DNA from: Eubacteriales bacterium
GTDB lineage: Bacteria; Bacillota; Clostridia; Oscillospirales; CAG-272
Reading direction: 5' to 3'
Assembly (NCBI GenBank): GCA_045633625.1
Contig: JAZQYP010000038.1
Span: 16,384 to 80,383, forward strand
Length of the DNA stretch: 64,000 bases
Notes under the pieces: generated by a model
What the model was told of the DNA's origin: nothing
The model's input: only the letters and a program-made list of their open reading frames with translations
The model's database searches: none
Shown: positions 55,494 through 64,000 of the stretch, in pieces
How the letters are laid out: every line of letters starts with the position of its first letter
Position numbering within the stretch: position 1 is the stretch's first letter
Made by a program: the position numbers and the translations under genes

Positions 55494-56215
55494 CAACAGA
55501 AGAACTTTTTGAATCGGTTGGATTTGTTGGAGAATATTACTCGCAAATGTCTGATTTTTATAAAGACAATTTTGATTTGGAAGAGGATATGATTTCGTTT
55601 TTTATAAAAATATTCAAAAATGATAAAAATGACAAAATTCCTCGTCAAATGATGAATCAAGTACAGCAGCTTGTGTCGATTGCAACCGATATTGATCAGA
55701 TTCGTCCTGCGCGTGATCCGCTTAGAATGTTCTTTATCAAAACATGTTTGGAAGCGTTATGTGAGTTGTCGGGAATGAACAACAAAAAAGACAAACCCAT
55801 TTTTTACGAGATATTTCCAACCTTTATCAGCACGGAGGGGAAACAATATATTCTTGATAATTTTTTGTTAATGAGTTTCGATGACATATATATGAACCAT
55901 AAATATGAAGCATATCACGAATTAACCATTGATGATTTTTTTGAAATTATTAAAGCAGTTCGAGATATCGTGGCACATGAGGGAAACTATTGGGAGATGC
56001 AATTCTTTGCACATAACACAACAGACACGACCTGGGTTGTATCTTTGGAAACGAATCGAAAAATACTAAAATCTTATCAATACAAGTGTGAAGAGAATAT
56101 AACACGAGAATATCACTTTGAAACGACAATGCAATATGATAGGTTTATATATTATTTCATCGAAGCGTGCATTGGCTTTATTGTCAATTACATTGATAGA
56201 AAGGAGGCGGTATAG
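55490..56215 (+). CDS. Uncharacterised 241-aa protein with R-x4-H (HEPN-like) motif, embedded between hsdM and hsdS
   Basis: The ATG overlaps the hsdM stop (ATGA). Motif VRDIVAHEG lies at 55958-55984. No P-loop and no TM helix. Composition is A/T-rich. Confidence 0.75.
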   Translation: MTTEELFESVGFVGEYYSQMSDFYKDNFDLEEDMISFFIKIFKNDKNDKIPRQMMNQVQQLVSIATDIDQIRPARDPLRMFFIKTCLEALCELSGMNNKKDKPIFYEIFPTFISTEGKQYILDNFLLMSFDDIYMNHKYEAYHELTIDDFFEIIKAVRDIVAHEGNYWEMQFFAHNTTDTTWVVSLETNRKILKSYQYKCEENITREYHFETTMQYDRFIYYFIEACIGFIVNYIDRKEAV

Positions 56216-56218
56216 ATA

Positions 56219-57346
56219 ATGAAAACTACGAGATTTAAACTAAAAGACATATTAAAAATCAAAAACGGACGTGACCATTCTCACCTTGAAATAGGCGATT
56301 ATCCTGTTATAGGTAGCGGTGGTATTATGAGATATGCCGATCAATATCTGTATAATGGTGAAAGTGTTTTGCTTCCCCGTAAGGGTACATTGGATAACAT
56401 TCAATATATAAACGGAGCTTTTTGGACTGTTGATACTTGCTATTATACCGATATAAACAAAAATATTGTCAACCCTTATTATCTATATCGTCATTTGCGA
56501 AGTCTTGATTTGAGCGGGCTTGACTCGGGTGCGAGTATTCCAAGCATGACATCAAAATGTTATTATAATATAAAAATAGATTTGCCTTGCCTCCAAATAC
56601 AAAATCAAATTGCTGATATTCTTTCGACCTATGATGATCTGATTGAGAACAACAATCGCAGAATTGCTCTTTTGGAGAAAGCGGCGCAGGAGCTTTACAA
56701 GGAGTGGTTTATCCGCTTCCGTTTCCCCGGTTATGAAAACGCCAAGTTTGAAAATGGTCTGCCCGAGGGGTGGAATGTAAAGAGAATGAATGATTTTTGT
56801 TACGTTACAGACGGAACACACGATACTCCCAAGCCTTTAGACGAAGGTTTTCCGCTGATAACAGGCAGATGTATCAAAAACGGCTTTGTTGACTTTGATG
56901 AAGCTTATTGTATAAGCAAAAAAGATCACGAAAATATCAAAAAGCGCAGCGGGCTTTCCTCGGGCGATATTCTTTTTAGCAATATCGGCACAGTTGGTAA
57001 CTGTTGTATCGTGGATTATAGTAGAGAGTTCAGCGTAAAAAATGTGATTATTTTCAAACCCAATGATATGGTACAAACCGCATATCTCTATTATTGGATG
57101 ACGAGCCATTCTATGCAAGAAATATTTGCAACGCAAACGAATGGTGCATCACAACAGTTTGTTGGTCTAACCTTTATGCGCCGATATAAAATTCTTGTTC
57201 CCGAACAGGAAATTTTGACAGCGTTTGGAGATAAGATTTTGCCAATATTGGAGCAAAAGAGGCTGTTACATAATAACAATTTGAATCTCGCAAAACAGCG
57301 TGATTTACTCTTGCCGCGCCTTATGAGTGGCAAATTGGAGGTGTAA
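56219..57346 (+). CDS. hsdS: Type I restriction-modification system, specificity subunit
   Basis: 375 aa with two target-recognition domains separated by the conserved helical spacer (RIALLEKAAQELYKEWFIRFRFPGYE) and the C-terminal repeat (NLAKQRDLLLPRLMSGKLEV). Confidence 0.92.
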   Translation: MKTTRFKLKDILKIKNGRDHSHLEIGDYPVIGSGGIMRYADQYLYNGESVLLPRKGTLDNIQYINGAFWTVDTCYYTDINKNIVNPYYLYRHLRSLDLSGLDSGASIPSMTSKCYYNIKIDLPCLQIQNQIADILSTYDDLIENNNRRIALLEKAAQELYKEWFIRFRFPGYENAKFENGLPEGWNVKRMNDFCYVTDGTHDTPKPLDEGFPLITGRCIKNGFVDFDEAYCISKKDHENIKKRSGLSSGDILFSNIGTVGNCCIVDYSREFSVKNVIIFKPNDMVQTAYLYYWMTSHSMQEIFATQTNGASQQFVGLTFMRRYKILVPEQEILTAFGDKILPILEQKRLLHNNNLNLAKQRDLLLPRLMSGKLEV

Positions 57347-57348
57347 AA

Positions 57349-59280
57349 ATGGATAATCGAGTAAAGTATTATCCGCCTACAGATTTGTTCTTCGGGCATA
57401 ATCTTTCTAAAATTGAAGCAATCGAGGTTCCTGCTTTTGAGGCAATTGATATTAACGATGCGATTGAATTTTTTCAAATAAAAAGATACTTAGATACGGG
57501 AACTCGGTCAAAAACTTGGAGTGATGAAGCATATGAGGAATATAAAGCAAAATGCGAATCTCTTTCAAGGCTGACAAAACGTTTTTTTAATCAACTCAGC
57601 GACGATAATATAATTGATTATTATAATAGGATCGAAATGGGGTATCATTCCGACTTTTGGGTTCTATTTGACAACTGCAAGTTATTCAATAAAATAAAAA
57701 ATGAAACGTTTGAGGCATTGATCAATGGAGATAAAATCTCTCCTCACGATTTGTTTTTGCACAAAAATATTGTTCGCAAGTATGGTAATGAACTAAGAAA
57801 CTATATAATTCAGAATGAATACTGTATTATCATTCTTTTGCATGTGTATGAGCAGGACTATACTGATAGCGAAAAACTCATTTTGCCTGCCGAATTGACG
57901 GGAGAAGATATATGTAACTACCTTGAAAGTTATATCGATGGAGAACACCCGAATACAAATCATCTTAGCACTATTATCGATATGCACTGCACAAATCAAT
58001 TCCCAATCACCGATGAAATACGGTTGAAGGCAAAAAGAAGATACGAAAAAGAACTTGAAAATATATCTCAAACGGGTGTCAGCATTTCGCACGGAATCCA
58101 AATATCCTTTAACCCCGATCAGGAAAAAGAAAAGATTGGTACGCATAACGACCATGAATTTTCAATTTCATATAGCACAAAGTGGCTATTGGAAACACTT
58201 GATTACCCAAGCATACTAAACAACTTTATTTATCTGTTTGAGTTTGTGGACGTGCCTCAAATGAGGTGTTCCCATGTGAATAGGATATCGCAATCGGGTG
58301 TGTTTGAGCGTGTTCTCGCCTCTAAATCGTCGAGAGCATATCCTCATAATTACGCTTTCGGTTTTTCCAATGGAATAGCCTCAATGCAAATGCATGCCTA
58401 TTACGACTTTTTGGCAAGGCAAAATATTCGCTTGGAAGATGTAATAAAGTGGTTTTTTACTGAGCAAATACAATCCGAATTTGGTTGTGCGGAAATTCGG
58501 TTGTCTATGCCTTCTTCCGATAGTACTTATGCGGAAAAGTGTTCTTCCATCATTACCGCTTTTGAATCGGTTTTGAAACAATACTCGCTATATGTTAAAA
58601 ACGGAGAGATTGATTTTGAGCTTGTCGGGATGTCAACAACTCCGGTGCTTTTTGCTAATATTAAAAGTTTAGTCGAAGACAAGTATATCTACGGCGTTGG
58701 CGACGATTATAAGCGATTGTCCTTTTGGTTTTTCTCTGATCAATGTACGTTCTCTTTTATCGAGCGAATACACAAAGAAGGTCGTAATTATGATTGCTTT
58801 ATAGACCTAATGTTAAAGGAAACGGTTTATACTTACGATTATCGAGAAGAAGAACTATGGGCTTTTGAAAATATGGCAAGTTACGATCTTATAGCTATAG
58901 GTGACGATGGGAAAATAACTCTCAAAAACTTAGCAAAATTAGCGATGTTGCGTGACTTGTTCGAAAATGATGTTATCAGCAAGTGGCACTATCCACCGGA
59001 AGCGAAAGAGGCTATTGGTGATTTTATAGAAAAAGGCATTATAACAACCAAGTCAACTCTGTTTTCACAACCGGAAATTGATTACCTTAATTATCTGCTT
59101 AATCGTGCAGAATATACCAACGGCTTGGAAATTCGCAATAGATATATACACGGAATACAGCAGGTAAGCACCAATGAGGACGAGCATAGGCAAAACTACT
59201 TTATGTTGCTTAGACTTTTTGTTCTGCTTGCAATAAAAGTTAATGATGATTTTTGTTTGCGTGATGAACAGAACCAATAA
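57349..59280 (+). CDS. Uncharacterised 643-aa protein with C-terminal R-x4-H (HEPN-like) motif, embedded between hsdS and hsdR
   Basis: It starts 2 nt after the hsdS stop. Motif EIRNRYIHG lies at 59128-59154, followed by one predicted hydrophobic helix. No P-loop, TM helix or signal peptide. Very A/T-rich codon usage. Confidence 0.8.
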   Translation: MDNRVKYYPPTDLFFGHNLSKIEAIEVPAFEAIDINDAIEFFQIKRYLDTGTRSKTWSDEAYEEYKAKCESLSRLTKRFFNQLSDDNIIDYYNRIEMGYHSDFWVLFDNCKLFNKIKNETFEALINGDKISPHDLFLHKNIVRKYGNELRNYIIQNEYCIIILLHVYEQDYTDSEKLILPAELTGEDICNYLESYIDGEHPNTNHLSTIIDMHCTNQFPITDEIRLKAKRRYEKELENISQTGVSISHGIQISFNPDQEKEKIGTHNDHEFSISYSTKWLLETLDYPSILNNFIYLFEFVDVPQMRCSHVNRISQSGVFERVLASKSSRAYPHNYAFGFSNGIASMQMHAYYDFLARQNIRLEDVIKWFFTEQIQSEFGCAEIRLSMPSSDSTYAEKCSSIITAFESVLKQYSLYVKNGEIDFELVGMSTTPVLFANIKSLVEDKYIYGVGDDYKRLSFWFFSDQCTFSFIERIHKEGRNYDCFIDLMLKETVYTYDYREEELWAFENMASYDLIAIGDDGKITLKNLAKLAMLRDLFENDVISKWHYPPEAKEAIGDFIEKGIITTKSTLFSQPEIDYLNYLLNRAEYTNGLEIRNRYIHGIQQVSTNEDEHRQNYFMLLRLFVLLAIKVNDDFCLRDEQNQ

Positions 59281-59297
59281 TACCAAAGGAGAAAGAT

Positions 59298-62200
59298 ATG
59301 TCAAGATTTATATACGAAGACGACATAGAAAAAGCGTTACTCGACAAGTTAGCTGCCGAGCCGTTTTGCTATGACGTCATCACTTGTGATCCTTCGACAT
59401 CATCAAAAGAGAATATAAACGACGGAACGGGACGCGCAAGCAAAAAGCAGTGTGTTCTGCCCGCCGTGCTGCGTTCCGCGCTGATTCGTATCAATCCCAC
59501 GATCCCTGCCGAGGTGCTCGACGGTATCGTAAAGGATCTGTGCCGCGATTTCACGGGTGTGGATATGAAGGCGGTCAACTACAAGCTCTATCAGCAAATC
59601 CGCAACTACATAAAGGTGTCGGTAAGGCGGGGCGGCAAGCAGGACTTTGATTTTGTCAAGCTGATTGATTTTGACAAACCCGAAAACAATACTTTTACCG
59701 CAGTTTCGCAGATGTGGATCGAGGGGCGTTTTAATTGGCGTCGTCCTGACATTATCATCTTTGTCAACGGACTTCCGCTTGTATTTGTGGAGCTTAAGAA
59801 CAGCGACGTTAAGGTGGAAGAAGCCTATAATCGCAATCTGAAAAGCTATCTCAAGGACGTTCCCAATCTCTTTGCTTTCAATCAGATCTGCGTGCTTTCC
59901 AACGGACTTGAAACAAGGCTCGGTGCGTTTTCCGCTACCTATGACTATTTCTTTGAATGGCTGAAAGCAAGTGAGAATGAGAGAATTGACCGCAAGGCAA
60001 TCTCTGAAGACGGTGTTTCGCTGTCTTACTTTGCGGACGGTTTGTTGCCGAAAGCAAATTTGATTGACTACATTGAAAACTTCATATTGTTTGAGAATCA
60101 GTCAATCAAGATTATCGCAAAGAACCACCAATATCTCGGTGTTAATAATTTGATTGAGTCGGTTAAAGATCGCAAGGCGTTGCAGGGCAAGCTCGGCGTA
60201 TTCTGGCATACGCAAGGAAGTGGTAAATCTTACTCGATGGTTATGTTTACCCGCAAGGTCAAGCGTAAGATTGAGGGAAACTTTACCTTCCTTATCATCA
60301 CCGACCGCGACGACCTTGATACACAGATCCACAAGAACTTTGTTCGTACCGAGGTTATCGGCGACAAGGAAGAATGTCAACCCAAGAACGGTGCGCAGCT
60401 TCGTGAATACCTGCAAACCAATAAATCGTTTATCTTTACGCTGATTCACAAGTTTAATTACGATAAGACCAAGAAGTATCCCGTGCTTTCCGAGAGGGAT
60501 GACATTATCGTTTTGGTTGACGAAGCTCACCGCACGCAGTACAAGAGCCTTGCGGAGAATATGAGAACAGCGCTTCCCAATGCCAATTATATTGCCTTTA
60601 CGGGAACACCCCTGCTTGGCGCTAAACGTTTGACAAACCAATGGTTTGGTAACTACGTTTCGGAATATAACTTTGCACAATCGGTCGAGGACGGCTCTAC
60701 CGTGCCGCTGTTTTATAGCCGCAGAGTGCCCGAGGTTTGGCTTGAAAACGATTTCCTGGACGATGACGTACTTGACATTATTGAGGACGAAAACCTCAAT
60801 GAATCCGAAACAAAGCTCCTTGAAAATTCCTCATCGAGAATCCTTGAGGTTATCAAGCGTGATGACCGACTTGATAAAATTGCAAGAGATATCGTACATC
60901 ATCTGCCTCGTCGCGGATTCCGTGGCAAAGCAATGGTAGTATCGGTGGATAAATATACTGCCGTAAAGATGTATGATAAGGTCCAGCACTATTGGGGTGA
61001 GGAAAAGAAAAAGCTTGTTGCCGAAAGGAACAAAGCCGCAACTAAAGAGGAACGAGACCAGATTTCCGCAATGATCGATTATATGAACAGGATGGAGATG
61101 GCAGTTATCGTTTCCGAAGAAGCTGACGAGAATCAAAAGTTCGCGGCGCAGGGGCTTGATATTTCTTCTCACCGTGCCAAGATGAACGAGATCACACCCG
61201 AAGGAAAGGACATTGAAGATCGTTTCAAAGACCCTACTGATCCACTTCAGCTTGTATTCGTATGCGCAATGTGGCTGACGGGATTTGACGTTAAGAGTCT
61301 TTCGTCTGTTTATCTTGATAAGCCTATGAAGGGACATACTCTGATGCAGGCAATTGCACGTGCAAACCGTGTATTCCCAACGAAAACTTGCGGTATTATC
61401 GTGGATTACGTCAACGTTTTCAAGTATATGAAGAAGGCTCTTTCGGACTATGCTTCGGGCGATGATGACACCGAATTTCCGGCTAAAGACATCGATCAGT
61501 TGATCGTTAACATTGATTCTTGTATTGATGAAACCGATGCCTTCTTGAAGGAAATGGGCATTGATCTTGACAAGATTATTGCCGAGGCTTCTACTTTCGA
61601 TAAGCTTGACGAATTGCGTGCGGCATATAATAAAATCATTGCTACCGACGATGCAAAGGATCGTTTTAAGGTCTTGGCGAACACAACGATTAATCTATAC
61701 GAAGCTGCTAAACCCGAGATATTCGAGCAGAGTTGGACAAACGAAAAGTTCTCGCCAATATCCTATTTGCACGGTCTTTTCTACAATTACATTGACGATG
61801 AAAAGATCAATCGTGCGCGTCTTCGTATGGCGCAGGTGCTTGACACAAGCATTTCTTCAAACGTGAACTTAGATGCCGATTCCGAGTATGTGATTCACGG
61901 CTCAAAGGTTATCGATCTTTCAAAAATTGATGTGGACGAGCTTCGTTTGGAAATCAAAAAGACTCCGTACAAGGCAATAGAAATCGACGATTTGAAAAAG
62001 TATTTGGAAGAAGCTCTCCAAAAGATGATTAACAAGAATTGCACTCGTGTGAAGTTTTCGGAGCGTTTCAAAGGCATCGTTGACAGATATAACGCCGGAG
62101 GATCGGAGAATGAGGATTACTACGAGCAGTTAATCAAATTGCTCGAAGAAATGCAAGCCGAGCAGAAACGTGCCGATACGGAAGGGTTGAGCGAGGAAGA

Positions 62201-62507
62201 ACTTGAAGTTTACGACCTTTTGATTAAAGGCAAGAAGCTCACAAAAGCCGAGGAACAGAAGGTGAAGCTTGCCGCAAAGAATCTCTATAAGAAGCTCACG
62301 GAAGAAAAGGCAACTCTTATGGTGGTGGATTGGTATAAGGACGATCAGCCCACAGAGCGAGTCAAAAACGCAATCAAAGAGTCGCTCAACATTGACCTTC
62401 CCGAGTGCTATGACAAGGATTCTTTCAATGCCAAAACCGTTCTCCTCTTGAACCATTTCATTGATATGGCGGTTCAAGGATACGGATGGGTTGGAGCGAG
62501 CGCATAA
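59298..62507 (+). CDS. hsdR: Type I restriction-modification system, restriction (helicase-nuclease) subunit
   Basis: 1069 aa with N-terminal PD-(D/E)xK region (RPDIIIFVNGLPLVFVELKN) and SF2 helicase motifs I HTQGSGKS, II VLVDEAHRTQ and VI QAIARANR. Confidence 0.95.
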   Translation: MSRFIYEDDIEKALLDKLAAEPFCYDVITCDPSTSSKENINDGTGRASKKQCVLPAVLRSALIRINPTIPAEVLDGIVKDLCRDFTGVDMKAVNYKLYQQIRNYIKVSVRRGGKQDFDFVKLIDFDKPENNTFTAVSQMWIEGRFNWRRPDIIIFVNGLPLVFVELKNSDVKVEEAYNRNLKSYLKDVPNLFAFNQICVLSNGLETRLGAFSATYDYFFEWLKASENERIDRKAISEDGVSLSYFADGLLPKANLIDYIENFILFENQSIKIIAKNHQYLGVNNLIESVKDRKALQGKLGVFWHTQGSGKSYSMVMFTRKVKRKIEGNFTFLIITDRDDLDTQIHKNFVRTEVIGDKEECQPKNGAQLREYLQTNKSFIFTLIHKFNYDKTKKYPVLSERDDIIVLVDEAHRTQYKSLAENMRTALPNANYIAFTGTPLLGAKRLTNQWFGNYVSEYNFAQSVEDGSTVPLFYSRRVPEVWLENDFLDDDVLDIIEDENLNESETKLLENSSSRILEVIKRDDRLDKIARDIVHHLPRRGFRGKAMVVSVDKYTAVKMYDKVQHYWGEEKKKLVAERNKAATKEERDQISAMIDYMNRMEMAVIVSEEADENQKFAAQGLDISSHRAKMNEITPEGKDIEDRFKDPTDPLQLVFVCAMWLTGFDVKSLSSVYLDKPMKGHTLMQAIARANRVFPTKTCGIIVDYVNVFKYMKKALSDYASGDDDTEFPAKDIDQLIVNIDSCIDETDAFLKEMGIDLDKIIAEASTFDKLDELRAAYNKIIATDDAKDRFKVLANTTINLYEAAKPEIFEQSWTNEKFSPISYLHGLFYNYIDDEKINRARLRMAQVLDTSISSNVNLDADSEYVIHGSKVIDLSKIDVDELRLEIKKTPYKAIEIDDLKKYLEEALQKMINKNCTRVKFSERFKGIVDRYNAGGSENEDYYEQLIKLLEEMQAEQKRADTEGLSEEELEVYDLLIKGKKLTKAEEQKVKLAAKNLYKKLTEEKATLMVVDWYKDDQPTERVKNAIKESLNIDLPECYDKDSFNAKTVLLLNHFIDMAVQGYGWVGASA

Positions 62508-62576
62508 CCATACAATTATTTGTTTAAGGTGAACACAAAACGAAGTATGGTGATAAACCTTAACACACACAATTCG

Positions 62577-62609
62577 ATAGGGACGGATATCCGTCCCTAT
62601 CTTTTTTTA
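62577..62609. terminator. Rho-independent terminator after hsdR (between convergent genes)
   Basis: Stem atagggacgg / ccgtccctat, loop atat, then cT7. Confidence 0.75.
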
Positions 62610-62614
62610 GTATT

Positions 62615-63076
62615 TTATTTTGACGTAACAACCTTTCTATAAATCTGTTCCTGTTTGATGGGACCTACGAATCTGTTTCTGCTGTCCTTGCTGACAGCGC
62701 GGTTGTCGCCAAGGACGTAATATTCATCCTCTCCGAGTGTGAGAGGGAAGTAAGCGGTGCCTGCGAGCTCCGTTGGGATGTCGTCTACAGGCTTGTTGTT
62801 AACGTACACTCGGCCGTCGTGGATATGAACTGTGTCTCCGGGGAGACCGATCACACGCTTCATTATTGTGCCGTCTTCGCTTCCGGTCTTTATAGTGACA
62901 ATATCCATCCTGTCAATGCTAAGGGGCCTGATAGTGAGGAGATACTGTCCGTCATGCAGTGTAGGCTCCATTGATATGCCGCAGACAAGACACACGCGGG
63001 GAATGTATAACGTCCAAAGTATCATGTACACTATGGCAAAAACGCATAGTGCAATATCTAACTTTTTCAGCCTCAT
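62615..63076 (-). CDS. lepB: Signal peptidase I (S26, bacterial P-type)
   Basis: Ser box CGISMEPTL, Lys box MKRVIGLPGD, and GDNRAVSKDSR. The start is set at MRLKKLD just before the TM helix. Confidence 0.85.
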   Translation of the reverse strand: MRLKKLDIALCVFAIVYMILWTLYIPRVCLVCGISMEPTLHDGQYLLTIRPLSIDRMDIVTIKTGSEDGTIMKRVIGLPGDTVHIHDGRVYVNNKPVDDIPTELAGTAYFPLTLGEDEYYVLGDNRAVSKDSRNRFVGPIKQEQIYRKVVTSK

Positions 63077-63077
63077 A

Positions 63078-63251
63078 TCAATTGTTTCCCCAAAGCCAAT
63101 CAAGGTCGATGTCGGGCGTGTCATAGATCACATCAAAATAGTCGGCAGGTCGATTTCTTCGTTCTTCCTCGAGTTTTCGCACTGTCTCTTTGTCAATAAT
63201 AAGAACATTCTTGCTGTATTTTGGTGTAATAGTAATCATTTTGTCATCCAT
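63078..63251 (-). CDS. Small hypothetical protein (57 aa)
   Basis: RBS AAGGAG lies 9 nt before the ATG at 63251. Its stop is 1 nt from the signal peptidase start (TGAtATG). No family recognised. Confidence 0.45.
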   Translation of the reverse strand: MDDKMITITPKYSKNVLIIDKETVRKLEEERRNRPADYFDVIYDTPDIDLDWLWGNN

Positions 63252-63329
63252 CTTTCTTTTCTCCTTATATTTTTTCTTATATTGCCCAATGGTGGGCAAA
63301 ACACCGCCCTAAGGTGGGCTGTAAAATAA

Positions 63330-63614
63330 TTATAAATCATTGTTGAAGTCTTCTGTAAAGGCTTCTGTTGCAACTCGCATTCCAAGCTTAAAAGCATACG
63401 AAAAAATCGCCTCATTGTTCATGCTTACGTATTCATTAAAACAAGAATCAAGCTTATCGAATATTTCGAGCTGTTCGTCATTCAGTGTGATTAAAAGATC
63501 ATTTTTGTGTCTCAATATATATTCTGTCAGTTGCTCATGTTCCGAAGTTTGTGGCTTGAAATCGGTTTGCGGCACAATGTTTCCGTGCCAAATTTCTTTC
63601 ATTATCTCTCTCAT
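63330..63614 (-). CDS. Small hypothetical protein (94 aa) of a type common on Firmicute mobile elements
   Basis: RBS AAGGAGG lies before the ATG at 63614. The N-terminus MREIMKEIWHGNIVPQ resembles small conserved ORFs of clostridial conjugative elements (recollection only). The longer 167-aa frame has no RBS. Confidence 0.55.
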   Translation of the reverse strand: MREIMKEIWHGNIVPQTDFKPQTSEHEQLTEYILRHKNDLLITLNDEQLEIFDKLDSCFNEYVSMNNEAIFSYAFKLGMRVATEAFTEDFNNDL

Positions 63615-64000
63615 TTTGTCCTCCTTTCTTAGAAAATTGAGAGAAAAATACCGCCACACAAAACAATCAAAAGTGGCGGTATATCTCCCCTGCCGAGCAG
63701 GGATTATATATATACAAAACAAAAAAGGAACTAAGAATCGGCATTCCGCCTCATCTGCTATAATTATATCACAAACAAGATATACTGTCAAATTTCGAAC
63801 CCGAATAATCGCTTTTATATAAAGAAAAATCAACTTTTTTAGAAAAATAATAAATTTTTTTGAAAATTTTACTTTAGAGTAGCTTGGGTCCGGATTTTTG
63901 ACTTTTCAAAACGAAACAAATCGTTGCATTAGGTTGGTGAGTAATAGAAAAGAAGTATAATATATATCAATATTTTTCCGGTGTGATGCCTGTGTGCTTT

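Larger units (their letters stand above)
52182..64000. mobile_element. Putative accessory/genomic island (right end not in window; no integrase seen)
   Basis: It begins with a 630-bp A/T-rich non-coding junction. It contains an excisionase-type HTH gene, a type I R-M operon with visibly A/T-richer inserted ORFs, an extra signal peptidase, and small ORFs of the kind common on Firmicute mobile elements. Confidence 0.4.

Noticed and set aside
57349-59280. Identification of the 643-aa ORF as PrrC or RloC itself
   Set aside because: It has no Walker A/P-loop or ABC-type ATPase motifs, and the rest of the sequence bears no resemblance that I can see. Only the genomic position and the R-x4-H motif are shared.
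62130-62570. 146-aa minus-strand ORF at the hsdR 3' end
   Set aside because: It is antisense to the hsdR C-terminal domain and runs into the terminator. It is a shadow frame.

Overview
This window is the replication-origin region of a Bacillota (Clostridia-type, sporulation-capable) chromosome, shown in reverse orientation. gyrB, remB, recF, dnaN and dnaA lie on the minus strand, with a bipartite oriC rich in DnaA-box-like 9-mers. Next come tRNA-Arg(CCG) with a textbook sigma-A promoter, and spoIIE. From 10.4 to 21.9 kb there is a minus-strand (head-on) block. It holds an uncharacterised 520-aa protein, two tandem MgtC/SapB paralogues, a CssRS-like two-component system with HtrA, and an amino-sugar module (GCKR/MurQ-like SIS protein, nagA, nagB-like). 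From 21 to 40 kb there are sugar-catabolic modules under two paralogous AraC regulators and one RpiR regulator. These include an iolJ/iolC/iolB-like trio embedded with an FAD-linked oxidase, an Fe-S protein, a DUF4838-like protein, an FGGY kinase and a fused beta-alpha ETF. From 39.5 to 52.2 kb there is a GH37-like enzyme, two tandem GH78 alpha-L-rhamnosidase paralogues (1207 and 2158 aa) and an SGNH esterase lipoprotein that duplicates the C-terminus of the giant enzyme. From about 52.2 kb to the window end the sequence looks like an A/T-richer accessory island. It carries a tightly coupled seven-gene + strand cassette: an excisionase-type HTH, a 237-aa membrane ORF, hsdM, a 241-aa ORF, hsdS, a 643-aa ORF and hsdR. 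The two ORFs wedged inside the type I R-M operon match no family I can name. Each carries an R-x4-H (HEPN-like) motif, and the 643-aa ORF sits in the same hsdS-hsdR slot as the anticodon nuclease PrrC. This is my best candidate for an undescribed R-M-linked defence module. Other notable signals are a two-copy MITE-like element with terminal inverted repeats, a duplicated tRNA 3' end, recurring terminator hairpin families, and candidate AraC/RpiR operators. All functional calls rest on motif recognition by eye; no database search was run.
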